A program made the translations under genes and the position numbers. The notes beneath the pieces are model-generated. The model had not been told where the DNA came from and did not search any database. It saw nothing but the letters and a program-made list of their open reading frames with translations. Below are positions 1 through 8,637 of a stretch of 64,000 nt of DNA, in pieces. Origin of the DNA: a virus (Duplodnaviria; Caudoviricetes). The DNA lies in the IMG/VR virus record IMGVR_UViG_3300021400_003144; one strand, written 5' to 3'. Every line of letters begins with the position of its first letter. Position 1 is the stretch's first letter.

Positions 1-51
1 GCAATAGAAAATCTATATTAGGATATATTGAAAAGTGTTTGAGGTATAGAT

Positions 52-447
52 ATGAGTAGAAAGAATAGAGAAAAAGATAAGAAGCGTGAGCAGAGAATAT
101 ATGAAGAGTACAAGAGGATAAAGAGAGTGAACAGTAAGCCTTATAGGATACTCATTAAACTAGACACACTTTTATTGAACTATTGTGATTGTGTAAGTCG
201 GTGTGGTCATAAAGATCCTTCTGGAACTTTTTTAGTTATAAACTTAATATTACTTAGTGAATATGCATTTTGTTATACTATAGTTGTGCCACAAGTTTTT
301 GGTGAATATACAGTTCTAATAGGAACTTTAGCATTTATAGTCTTTGTAGGAACACTAATAAAGTTATGCAGAATGTTTAAGGAGTGTAATAAGATAGACA
401 ATACATTTGTGTCTAAATCAGGTAAGGAGGATACAAAATCAGTATGA
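52..447 (+). CDS. hypothetical membrane protein (2 TM)
   Basis: ORF with GAGG RBS; two hydrophobic segments; overlaps next ORF by ATGA. Confidence 0.7.
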   Translation: MSRKNREKDKKREQRIYEEYKRIKRVNSKPYRILIKLDTLLLNYCDCVSRCGHKDPSGTFLVINLILLSEYAFCYTIVVPQVFGEYTVLIGTLAFIVFVGTLIKLCRMFKECNKIDNTFVSKSGKEDTKSV

Positions 448-1043
448 ATTTAAAAGAAGCTGTATTACAAAGAGATAATGTACATTATGTTAATTTATAT
501 ATTGATGAGATTCGTGACTATATTAGTTGCAACGTAGCTGATAGTAATGGTAAATACATGTATGAAAATCCTGAACTCAGTATAGATGATTTGGAAGGCA
601 TAGAGTTTAATGATGTTACAGACTTTGATTTTTCTAAATGTGACTGTGCTTTTAATGGATATCTCGTAACATTGAATGAGGAAACCATTAAAAAACATAC
701 AGATGAAAATAAAGCATATAAAGAGCTTAACAAGCTATTAATTAAAAAGTATACTAAATATGTAGAAATGTATAAACGTAGTGAAAAATTCAGTCTAGAA
801 GATTGGATACTATACCCATCAGCTATTATACCATTTGATGCATTTGTAGCATTTGAGGTACTTGATGCATTGCAGAATACACAATCAAATCAAAGAATAC
901 TTATACTGGGTGGATTAGCAGTTCTATGCATAGCATTTCATATATTTATAGTTGGATACTATTTAACAGATAGAGATGTACATAAAATATGTAAGGAATA
1001 CAGGGAAGAATATGAAAATAAATTAAAACAAACTTTAGGATAA
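444..1043 (+). CDS. hypothetical membrane protein, paralog of 21285..21971
   Basis: Shares ISCNV..GKY..ENPE motif, two C-terminal TM helices and CKE..EEY..KL tail with ORF 21285. Confidence 0.75.
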   Translation: MNLKEAVLQRDNVHYVNLYIDEIRDYISCNVADSNGKYMYENPELSIDDLEGIEFNDVTDFDFSKCDCAFNGYLVTLNEETIKKHTDENKAYKELNKLLIKKYTKYVEMYKRSEKFSLEDWILYPSAIIPFDAFVAFEVLDALQNTQSNQRILILGGLAVLCIAFHIFIVGYYLTDRDVHKICKEYREEYENKLKQTLG

Positions 1044-1070
1044 AGCGAGGACACTATGACTTTAAGTTGA

Positions 1071-1408
1071 AGTGAACCCTTGCAATAGGGATTGAATCTG
1101 TACCATACATTTCATTTACTTGCTCTATAGAGTGAACCCTTGCAATAGGGATTGAATTTTATAATAATGCTCTATGCATTCATTATAATTTAGTGAACCC
1201 TTACAATAGGGATTGAATTTATCACCGTTATCGTCGCTGTCGTAATCCTTGGAGTGAACCCTTGTAATAGGGATTGAATTGTTAGAAAACAAATTATTGA
1301 CTGTTAATTATTAAAAGTGAACCCTTGTAAATAGGGATTGGATTTATTTTCTAAGTTTTTAAATATGCTATTAGGTCTATAAGCGAATCCTTGTGATAGG
1401 GATTGAAT
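1071..1408 (+). CRISPR. orphan CRISPR array, 6 repeats / 5 spacers
   Basis: 27-nt repeat AGTGAACCCTTGCAATAGGGATTGAAT at 1071, 1131, 1192, 1253, 1316, 1382; unique spacers of 33-38 nt; CCCT/AGGG stem and ATTGAAT 3' end; repeats degenerate towards the 3' end. Confidence 0.9.
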
Positions 1409-1467
1409 AGAAAAGAACTTGAGTCTAACAGGGTATTAAAAACAATTAGTGAGGTACAAATTTAATT

Positions 1468-2235
1468 ATGCATTATAATGAGGTAGATTCAGAGAATACA
1501 GACATTCCAGAGTCTGTCAGGCAAGAAAGAAGAATACGAAAAGCAAATGAAGAAAGACCATTAAGACCTGAGGAAGTATCAGAAGCTTATGAAACTGGTA
1601 ATTTTAACAAGCTGGCTGATAGATATGAAGAGCTAGGGTATGCTAGTCTTGCAAAGCAATACAGGAACAAAAATAAAGAAGAAAGCAAAAAGAAAAGTAA
1701 TAAGCTACTAAAATTCTGTATATTATTCATAATTACATTTATAATTGCACTATTTTCAATTTATATGTATTCAGAATACAAGGTAAGTATTATAGAAATT
1801 GCAATAAGTTCATTGCTTATATCATTTGTATTATATATGTCATTTTTTTCTGAGCATGTACATATACTAATTATAATCAAGCATTGTCTTGTGTTTATTG
1901 GTTCAATACTTATTATTGGTTGCATTTTTATATCTGTTATAGCATGCTTTGTGGATATTAAAATACCTGTAAATAAGGTACAACAAGAATCAGTACAAGA
2001 GGTTACACAGGAGACAGAAGTAGAGACAGAGGCAGAACTATCAATATGGATAACTACTACACGTGTAAAAGTAAGGACTGAACCCAATGTAAATTGTACT
2101 GTACTTGGTGTATTAGATGCAGGTGTACAAGTAGATTATAAAGGAGATGCTAATGCAGATTGGATAATCATAAATTATAATGGACAAGAGGCTTATGTAG
2201 CTAAACAGTACATTGAAGTAGTAAAGGGTGATTAG
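1468..2235 (+). CDS. membrane protein with C-terminal bacterial SH3 (SH3b) domain
   Basis: Three TM segments then VKVRTEPN..VLGVL..G..V....DWIIINYNGQEAYVAKQYI SH3b pattern. Confidence 0.8.
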   Translation: MHYNEVDSENTDIPESVRQERRIRKANEERPLRPEEVSEAYETGNFNKLADRYEELGYASLAKQYRNKNKEESKKKSNKLLKFCILFIITFIIALFSIYMYSEYKVSIIEIAISSLLISFVLYMSFFSEHVHILIIIKHCLVFIGSILIIGCIFISVIACFVDIKIPVNKVQQESVQEVTQETEVETEAELSIWITTTRVKVRTEPNVNCTVLGVLDAGVQVDYKGDANADWIIINYNGQEAYVAKQYIEVVKGD

Positions 2236-2323
2236 AATAATACATGGGTATAGACATATCAAAAGAAAGAAGAGAAAATAAAAGATAATCAAATATTAAA
2301 AGCTTATTGGGGTATTTACAGGT

Positions 2324-2512
2324 ATGATTGAAACTGAGAATCATTTAAATGAAGAACATGACGAGATAATTGGTTTAGATTTATATAAAGTAGAGTTGTT
2401 ATATGAATAGGAGCATAACAAATATGCAGTTAAAAGGAATAAAGATTCTAAAGGAAACATAGTTGGATACAAAGATGAGAGAACCCTTGCAATAGGGATT
2501 GAATTTCTGTAA
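2324..2512 (+). pseudogene. gene remnant with in-frame TAG running into a CRISPR repeat
   Basis: ATG 2324, TAG 2408, frame continues with coding-like codons through the repeat at 2478 to TAA 2510. Confidence 0.4.
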
Positions 2513-2566
2513 GATATTTATAAATTTTTTCTAATGTTGAGTGAACCCTTGCAATAGGGATTGATA
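2478..2566 (+). CRISPR. mini-array (2 repeats, one 35-nt spacer) with the same repeat
   Basis: AGAGAACCCTTGCAATAGGGATTGAAT at 2478 and AGTGAACCCTTGCAATAGGGATTGA at 2540. Confidence 0.85.
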
Positions 2567-2590
2567 AAATAACAAATTTAAGGGGGGCAT

Positions 2591-3049
2591 ATGTTAAACA
2601 TAAAGGTTGTTGAAAATAAAAAGAACATTAAAAGTTTAGGACTAGACCTTATAGATGATTGTGAAGTAGGTTTTAAATATATAAATGGAATTTCAGAAAA
2701 ATCAAAAATTCTGATGAAGTTGATTGATAAAGCAGATTATGTAGATGATACAACTATTACTGACAGATTTGGAGATAAGACTTTTATAGATAATTTAAGT
2801 ACAGGATGTAAAACAGCGATATGCGTTGTAGAGTATCCAGATAAGTGGATAAATACAATGGAGTGTGGGTTAAATGCTTTAAATGCAATATTAACCACAT
2901 GTGATGAAGGTAATATAATACTACTTGATACAGGTTGGGATATTCCAAAGACATTTGGAAGTGAAATAACTGTCAGTATAAACGGAAAGATATTCAATAA
3001 AATATCTGACCTGAATGAATATATAAGGGATGGTGAATATGATGTTTAA
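2591..3049 (+). CDS. DUF4869-like protein (carries ABC-signature-like LSTGCK)
   Basis: IDKADYVD...DRFG...LSTGCKTAI...ECGLNA pattern recalled from DUF4869 proteins. Confidence 0.7.
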   Translation: MLNIKVVENKKNIKSLGLDLIDDCEVGFKYINGISEKSKILMKLIDKADYVDDTTITDRFGDKTFIDNLSTGCKTAICVVEYPDKWINTMECGLNALNAILTTCDEGNIILLDTGWDIPKTFGSEITVSINGKIFNKISDLNEYIRDGEYDV

Positions 3050-3428
3050 TGCAGGAAGAAAACTGTTTAACATAGTTATAAAGTTAAATCCAGGGATATA
3101 TACTTTTGATGATGAATCAGGTACCGGAAAAACTAGATTATACAAGGAGCTAAAAGATGATTCATCCTTATATAATAGAGTGCTAGCTGTAAATCCTTCT
3201 GATTTACGATTAGGTGTAGATGTAAATACACTGATAAAAAACGGGAAATATGAATTGATTGTGTTAGATAGATACGACAGGATGGATGGCATAGATAAGG
3301 ATATATTGATAAATGCCTCAAAGCATTCAATTATTCTGATAGATTGTAAAGACCCAAGTGATTGGGTATATGGAACCGATTTTTGCAGGATACAGATGCA
3401 TAGGAATGGGATAGAGGTTTATAAATGA
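3030..3428 (+). CDS. minimal P-loop (ABC-type) ATPase
   Basis: Walker A DESGTGKT, Walker B-like LIVLD, later IILID strand; real start probably 3039/3042. Confidence 0.7.
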   Translation: MVNMMFNAGRKLFNIVIKLNPGIYTFDDESGTGKTRLYKELKDDSSLYNRVLAVNPSDLRLGVDVNTLIKNGKYELIVLDRYDRMDGIDKDILINASKHSIILIDCKDPSDWVYGTDFCRIQMHRNGIEVYK

Positions 3429-4285
3429 TATATTTATTTGAAGATAAATACTCAGTTTTAACATCTCATTTTATTCATAAATCTTACAGTGATAAAACTA
3501 CAGTATCTTTTGATTTTGATGAATTGAGGCTTAAATCTAGAGGGGATACAGTATATTATACTTTGGTTAATGAGTTAATCAAACCAGAGTATAAAGATTT
3601 ACATAAGATAATATTCACATCTGGAAATTCTGAACTGATACCTTGTGCAAATGCAATACTAATTTCTAATGAGCTTAAGGATGAGGAGATAGCTATTTTC
3701 TTTGACCTTTCAATTAGGAATAAAGTTATTTATAAATTATATAGGGATATCACTGACTTATATAATAACAATAGTAAAAGAGTGGTACCAGTACCTATAA
3801 TATGTAGTGAGTATAATACTTTAAAAGCATTTGATAAACTTAAACTAAATAGCAAATACACTAAAGATTTGGAAACAGTACTAGAATTAGATATTTATTT
3901 TAAAACTCAACTATATGAAAAAGAGAAGGACAGAATAAAAACATTTGAAAAATTCTGTAAAAGAGTAGCTTACTATATAGAGTCTGAGCAAGCCACTGAT
4001 TCAGACAAATATAATTTTGAGATATTTTTCAGAAAAGGTGATATAGTACATGACAATATTTTCTGGTGCTGGGCAAAGAGATACCTAGAAAATTGGTATG
4101 TATTACCAGGTAGAATAAGCAATGTGATGTATAAAACTAAAGCAATAGACTTAGATTACATAAATAAGAATCATAAATTATTAGTTGAAAAATATAATGA
4201 AGCAACAATAAGATACTTGGAGTATTTAAAAGAATCTAAGCCAGAATTAGTTAATAACTATAGAGTAGTCACATCTATGATTTAA
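3425..4285 (+). CDS. putative TOPRIM-like nuclease (OLD/PARIS AriB-like)
   Basis: N-terminal IYLFED, SGNSEL loop, AIFFD strand and later CSEY motif; ATGA-coupled to the ATPase. Confidence 0.5.
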   Translation: MIYLFEDKYSVLTSHFIHKSYSDKTTVSFDFDELRLKSRGDTVYYTLVNELIKPEYKDLHKIIFTSGNSELIPCANAILISNELKDEEIAIFFDLSIRNKVIYKLYRDITDLYNNNSKRVVPVPIICSEYNTLKAFDKLKLNSKYTKDLETVLELDIYFKTQLYEKEKDRIKTFEKFCKRVAYYIESEQATDSDKYNFEIFFRKGDIVHDNIFWCWAKRYLENWYVLPGRISNVMYKTKAIDLDYINKNHKLLVEKYNEATIRYLEYLKESKPELVNNYRVVTSMI

Positions 4286-4291
4286 TATTGG

Positions 4292-4415
4292 TTAGAACCC
4301 TTGTAATGGGGATTGAATACTTAAATATTATTTTGTTGATACTTATTATCTAGAACTTATCTACTATAATAAAAACATAGATGATAAGTTAAAGAACCCT
4401 AGTTGGGGATTGTAT
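4292..4415 (+). CRISPR. degenerate mini-array (repeat, spacer-like region, eroded repeat)
   Basis: TTAGAACCCTTGTAATGGGGATTGAAT at 4292; AAAGAACCCTAGTTGGGGATTGTAT at 4391. Confidence 0.65.
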
Positions 4416-4431
4416 CAAAAAGATTAATAGT

Positions 4432-4470
4432 AAAACAGGGATGTTGGGGTCTAACAGCATCCCTGTTTTT
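4432..4470 (+). terminator. intrinsic terminator
   Basis: AAAACAGGGATG / CATCCCTGTTTT stem followed by T tract. Confidence 0.85.
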
Positions 4471-4503
4471 ATTTTTTAAATAAAAAATTTTAGATAATAA
4501 GTA

Positions 4504-4532
4504 TTGAAAAAACAAGATTTAGGTGATATAAT
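4504..4532 (+). promoter_or_regulatory. sigma-A type promoter
   Basis: TTGAAA-17 bp-TATAAT with TG extended -10. Confidence 0.75.
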
Positions 4533-4577
4533 ATATAAAGATTGTAAAGTATTGTGAAATAGATATAGGAGTTTAAT

Positions 4578-4910
4578 ATGCAGGAGTATTATTTTTATAC
4601 TCTCATCAAGAATGAGAACGGTGCTATTGTATTAGACGAAAAGTCAGTAATGCTAAAGGAAACAGATCATAGAATAACTGACCCTGACAAGAATTGTTTT
4701 CCTCATAGTTATAGATGGACAGTAGACAAGCTAATGTTAGGCGTTGTAGATACAGAATATCTTGAAGATAATTGTGTATGTAGCATTATTCTGGACGAGT
4801 GTAATAAGGATAGAGCAGCTTCTCTTATTAAGGAGTATCTTAATAAAGATATTGAGATGCTTCTTAGTCAAGTATTAACTTTAACTGAGTTAAAAGATGC
4901 TATAGATTAA
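4578..4910 (+). CDS. hypothetical protein
   Basis: ORF with AGGAG RBS downstream of promoter. Confidence 0.75.
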   Translation: MQEYYFYTLIKNENGAIVLDEKSVMLKETDHRITDPDKNCFPHSYRWTVDKLMLGVVDTEYLEDNCVCSIILDECNKDRAASLIKEYLNKDIEMLLSQVLTLTELKDAID

Positions 4911-4920
4911 GATTAGGAGT

Positions 4921-4959
4921 GGGATTTAATGTAAAGAACCCTTGTGATAGGGATTGAGT
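4921..4959 (+). repeat. solitary CRISPR repeat copy plus upstream half-repeat
   Basis: AAAGAACCCTTGTGATAGGGATTGAGT at 4933-4959; GGGATTTAAT at 4921-4930. Confidence 0.75.
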
Positions 4960-5034
4960 AAGAGATAGCTGAAGTTAATAATGAAGAAGATCTTGAGCTT
5001 CATGAGAAGTTCTGTAATGAAGGTAGTGTAGACA

Positions 5035-5793
5035 ATGAGTGATACAGTAAAGACAGTAGACAATACAGCAAAGACAAGAAGAGATAAATTAAAGAACTAT
5101 AAATTAACTGCTGTTGTACTAATTAGTTTAGCTATACCAACAATAATTGCATTTTTTATACGGTATCCAGTGTATGTTATTTTAAAACAACCACTTAGCG
5201 AGAATCTTTGGTTCTCATTCCTTTATTCAGTAGCAGCTATATTAATTGCAATGGAGTTTCATGTTAGGAATGATGCTAATGTAGATTTATATAAAAATGC
5301 TAGCAGTCTACTGATAAGTGCATTTATAGCTAGTATAGTCATTGTGATTACTATATGTGCAATTGTCAGTAGTATATTTGCTCAATTACATCCAGCTACT
5401 GATATATCTGTAAGCATAGATGGGTATGAAAGAGTGTTTAAACTTGAGGATGTACCATTGTATAATATTATGAAAGATGGTCATAAAGTAGAATATATCA
5501 TAAAGTACAAAGATGATTCAGTTGTTACAGATAATATCAATGATATTGTAGAGGATGGAGAGATAAAGTACAGATATGGTAATGATGTTAAGCTACTATC
5601 TAATGATGAAGCAGCTAGAGATGCACATGATTTAAGTGAGTTTAGAGGCATATACAGTGTATGTTGGGAGATAGGATTAAGCTTGATAATACTATGGAGA
5701 ATATACATATTTGGATTAATAGTAAAAAAGAAGCTAGATGATTCAAGAGATGCAGGTAAGCTTAAAGAGTTATCTAAAATCAAGAAAGAATAA
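5035..5793 (+). CDS. multi-pass membrane protein
   Basis: Four hydrophobic segments. Confidence 0.75.
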   Translation: MSDTVKTVDNTAKTRRDKLKNYKLTAVVLISLAIPTIIAFFIRYPVYVILKQPLSENLWFSFLYSVAAILIAMEFHVRNDANVDLYKNASSLLISAFIASIVIVITICAIVSSIFAQLHPATDISVSIDGYERVFKLEDVPLYNIMKDGHKVEYIIKYKDDSVVTDNINDIVEDGEIKYRYGNDVKLLSNDEAARDAHDLSEFRGIYSVCWEIGLSLIILWRIYIFGLIVKKKLDDSRDAGKLKELSKIKKE

Positions 5794-5814
5794 AAGATAG
5801 AAAAAAGATAGGAT

Positions 5815-5850
5815 ATGCACTGCTATTAATATGATAGCAGTGCATTTTTT
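5815..5850 (+). terminator. intrinsic terminator
   Basis: ATGCACTGCTAT / ATAGCAGTGCAT stem + T tract. Confidence 0.85.
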
Positions 5851-5937
5851 ATTAAGCTATAGATTTTATAAGTTAGGTTAAGAAGTATGGGCATTTAATA
5901 GTAAAGGTTGTAAAGTTTAATTATAAAGGAGATAGCT

Positions 5938-6597
5938 ATGGATTACTGTGTTATTTTAATGATTATAGTTTGTTTTATTGTTATAGCTCTTGCTTATTGT
6001 CTAAGTGCAGATGAAGATAAGATTGAGAAGCTTAAGACAGAGTCTGGGTATACAAAAGATGAGCTTGAAGCTAAGACAAAGGGCTTCAATGAGCTTAGTG
6101 AGAACCTCAGTGCAAAGCAGAAAGAAGCTGATGAACTTCAGAGTAAGATTGAAGATTGTGAGGGTAAGCTTACAGAGAAAGATGATAAGATACAGAGCTT
6201 AGAGCACGAGCTTGTTGAGGTTAAGAATGACCTTAGAGATAAGATTGAGAATTTAACTGATGCTGAGAATAAGCTTGAAGAGATTAAAGTATGTGCTGAT
6301 AGATTAGAAAGTAAAAACTCTGAGATGATGTCTTTAGCAGAGACTAAGGAAGCTGAGTTCAAGAAAGAAATTGATAAAGCTAATGAGGTTATAAAGAGTA
6401 TTTCAGAGAAAGCTGGAAGTTTATATAAGTTACATACTGAGATTGAAGAGTTACATAGAGGTGTAAAGACTAGACAAGCTGATGTAAAGAGATTAGCAGA
6501 TGAAACTGCTATTAAAGAAAAAGAGATTAATGAATTAAACTCTAAGATAGATAGTAAGTCACTTGAGTTTGAGAACATATATTCTGAAATGAAGTAA
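5938..6597 (+). CDS. membrane-anchored coiled-coil protein
   Basis: N-terminal TM then ~190 aa E/K-rich heptad pattern. Confidence 0.8.
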   Translation: MDYCVILMIIVCFIVIALAYCLSADEDKIEKLKTESGYTKDELEAKTKGFNELSENLSAKQKEADELQSKIEDCEGKLTEKDDKIQSLEHELVEVKNDLRDKIENLTDAENKLEEIKVCADRLESKNSEMMSLAETKEAEFKKEIDKANEVIKSISEKAGSLYKLHTEIEELHRGVKTRQADVKRLADETAIKEKEINELNSKIDSKSLEFENIYSEMK

Positions 6598-6625
6598 AAT
6601 AACATAGAATACCATATTGATTAAT

Positions 6626-6662
6626 AAAGAGACACATATTATATTGTATGTGTCTCTTTTTA
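6626..6662 (+). terminator. intrinsic terminator
   Basis: AAAGAGACACAT / ATGTGTCTCTTT stem + T tract. Confidence 0.85.
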
Positions 6663-6684
6663 TACAAAAAATTTATAGAAAGTA

Positions 6685-6713
6685 TTGACAAAATAGGTAA
6701 TAAGTAGTATAAT
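6685..6713 (+). promoter_or_regulatory. consensus sigma-A promoter
   Basis: TTGACA-17 bp-TATAAT. Confidence 0.9.
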
Positions 6714-6747
6714 TAATTAAAATTAGAGTTGATATAGGTTTATATAG

Positions 6748-7101
6748 GTGGTTGAAATGGAAGATGAAAGAATAAAAGATACAATAGCTGAGTTGAATAA
6801 GTCATTAAGAGGGTTAGATATACTCAGAAGTAAATATATTGATACAGGTTTAGCAGATGATTTGACAGATGGTATTAGAGCATTGAATCTCTGCATAAAA
6901 GGACTTGAGAATGGTGACTTAGGCTTAGATGAAGATGGTAATATCTGTAAGAAAGAGCTGACAGCTCATTGGATTAATCTTGTAGATGAATATGGTGATA
7001 TTCATGAGTCAGTATGTTCTAACTGTGATGGCAATGGGCACTATAAACATAAGTATTGTAATAACTGCGGTGCTAAGATGATACCTATACCTGAAAAGTA
7101 G
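6748..7101 (+). CDS. phage protein with C-terminal Zn ribbon
   Basis: AHWI...CSNC...YCNNCGAKM. Confidence 0.75.
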   Translation: MVEMEDERIKDTIAELNKSLRGLDILRSKYIDTGLADDLTDGIRALNLCIKGLENGDLGLDEDGNICKKELTAHWINLVDEYGDIHESVCSNCDGNGHYKHKYCNNCGAKMIPIPEK

Positions 7102-7307
7102 TAGGTATTAAATTTAAAGATATGGTGGGTGCTATGGAAAATATACATGAGATAGTTTATGTACTGAGTATTTTAGTGATGATAGTCTGTACATTCTTAG
7201 CATTTAAAGTACATAATCCTGCATATGTTGGTATAGCATGTGTAGTAATTGTAAAATTACTAGCATTGTTAGAAAAGTTCATTACTAAAGGAGCATGAGG
7301 ATAAGCT

Positions 7308-7493
7308 ATGACATTAACAGAGAGGAACACTAAGTTAGAGTGTTATATAGAGTGTTTAAAGTGTAAGGTCAGCGGAAAGGTTTGTGATGCTAATTGTCCA
7401 ACTCAATATGAAGCAGGTAACATGGGTGAGATAATTGAGAATCTTGAAGCTATATCAGAGCATCTAAGCAATGAGCTTAGTAGCAATGAGTAA
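7308..7493 (+). CDS. small Cys-rich hypothetical protein
   Basis: ORF with GAGG RBS in early-type gene cluster. Confidence 0.6.
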   Translation: MTLTERNTKLECYIECLKCKVSGKVCDANCPTQYEAGNMGEIIENLEAISEHLSNELSSNE

Positions 7494-7515
7494 ATAATAA
7501 AGTCATTAGTTTAAT

Positions 7516-7914
7516 GTGAGGTTTAAGAAAATGAGTGCAAGTAACGTGAACGAAATAATTGATAACATCTGTGTAAAGTTAGGAACTACTGTTGAGAGGA
7601 TAGTTCCTGAGTATGCAAAGTATATGATTGTTAGTAAGCTGACAACATTTATGACTGGTGTAGTGACTATGGTTATTACTATAGTATTGACAAATATGTT
7701 GTTAGCATCACTAAAAAAGAGAATTGCAGAGCACAAAGAAGAATACAATAGAAATGAATGGATATTTGAATGGTGGGCTATTGTATACATCATATTTGGT
7801 ATAATACTTGTAATTATTGGGATAATTGCATTTACAGATGTAGTGAGTGGACTTGGTTTCATACCATGGCTTATAAGTCCACAGGGAGCATTTATGGCAG
7901 AAGTATTACACTAA
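7516..7914 (+). CDS. hypothetical membrane protein
   Basis: Two TM segments; WLISPQG motif. Confidence 0.7.
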   Translation: MRFKKMSASNVNEIIDNICVKLGTTVERIVPEYAKYMIVSKLTTFMTGVVTMVITIVLTNMLLASLKKRIAEHKEEYNRNEWIFEWWAIVYIIFGIILVIIGIIAFTDVVSGLGFIPWLISPQGAFMAEVLH

Positions 7915-7961
7915 GAGTAGTAAGTGAAGAGTTTGAATAGATAGACAGAAAGGATAAGAAT

Positions 7962-8246
7962 ATGCAGATAGAAATAAGTGATGAGCAGATAAATGGTATT
8001 GTTGGTAGCATAATTGAGACTAGGGTGGATGCTTGGTTTAAGGATGGTAAGAATAAATATGTTATCAGAGAAATGGTTGCTCAGGCTGTTAATACAAAGC
8101 TTGGAACACCTGAGTACTCTAAGCTAATAAGAGAAGAGGCTGAAAATAGTGCAAAGAATCTTTGTACTAAGGATGTAGTAAAAAAGATATGTGACAGAGT
8201 GTCTTATGACATAGCTGAGGCATATGCAGATAAATATGGAGATTGA
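7962..8246 (+). CDS. hypothetical protein
   Basis: ORF with AAGGA RBS. Confidence 0.7.
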   Translation: MQIEISDEQINGIVGSIIETRVDAWFKDGKNKYVIREMVAQAVNTKLGTPEYSKLIREEAENSAKNLCTKDVVKKICDRVSYDIAEAYADKYGD

Positions 8247-8619
8247 GGATATGAGTATTAAGACTTTAGTTGAAATAGATATGGATTGGGCTAGAAAATC
8301 ACTTGCAATAGCAGGGTTCATTCCTGATTGTAAATCAGGTTCTGATGATGAAATAAAGGATTTTATATTTAAAGCTATAGGATGCTATGGCGTAAAAGAT
8401 GCAAATACAAACTTTGTTGAGCAGAAAGTTTATGATGAAGAATTTGCAGCTCGTAAGGATGCTGAGCTGGAAACATTTAAGATTGAGAAGAAGCTTAATA
8501 AGTATAAGAAGGCTGTTAGCCAGATACAGAATGAACTTGAAGAAGAGGTTAATGAAGATTATAGACAAGGTTTAAGAAGAGCTCTTCAGATTATAAATAG
8601 CTCAGTATCTGGAGATTAA
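8224..8619 (+). CDS. hypothetical protein
   Basis: ORF in co-oriented cluster; start probably near 8251. Confidence 0.7.
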   Translation: MQINMEIEDMSIKTLVEIDMDWARKSLAIAGFIPDCKSGSDDEIKDFIFKAIGCYGVKDANTNFVEQKVYDEEFAARKDAELETFKIEKKLNKYKKAVSQIQNELEEEVNEDYRQGLRRALQIINSSVSGD

Positions 8620-8637
8620 ATTGGAGGTTCATTTGAA

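Noticed and set aside
1219-1252. Spacer 3 as a self-target in the acidic linker of ORF 54458 (around 55070-55100)
   Set aside because: Only a 10-nt exact match (ACGGTGATAA) in low-complexity Asp/Gly codons; the rest mismatches.
52-5793. cas genes next to the CRISPR array
   Set aside because: Neighbouring ORFs are membrane proteins or the DUF4869/ATPase/TOPRIM-like set; I recognised no Cas1, Cas2, Cas6 (G-rich loop), RAMP, HEPN or RuvC motifs. cas genes could still lie outside the window.
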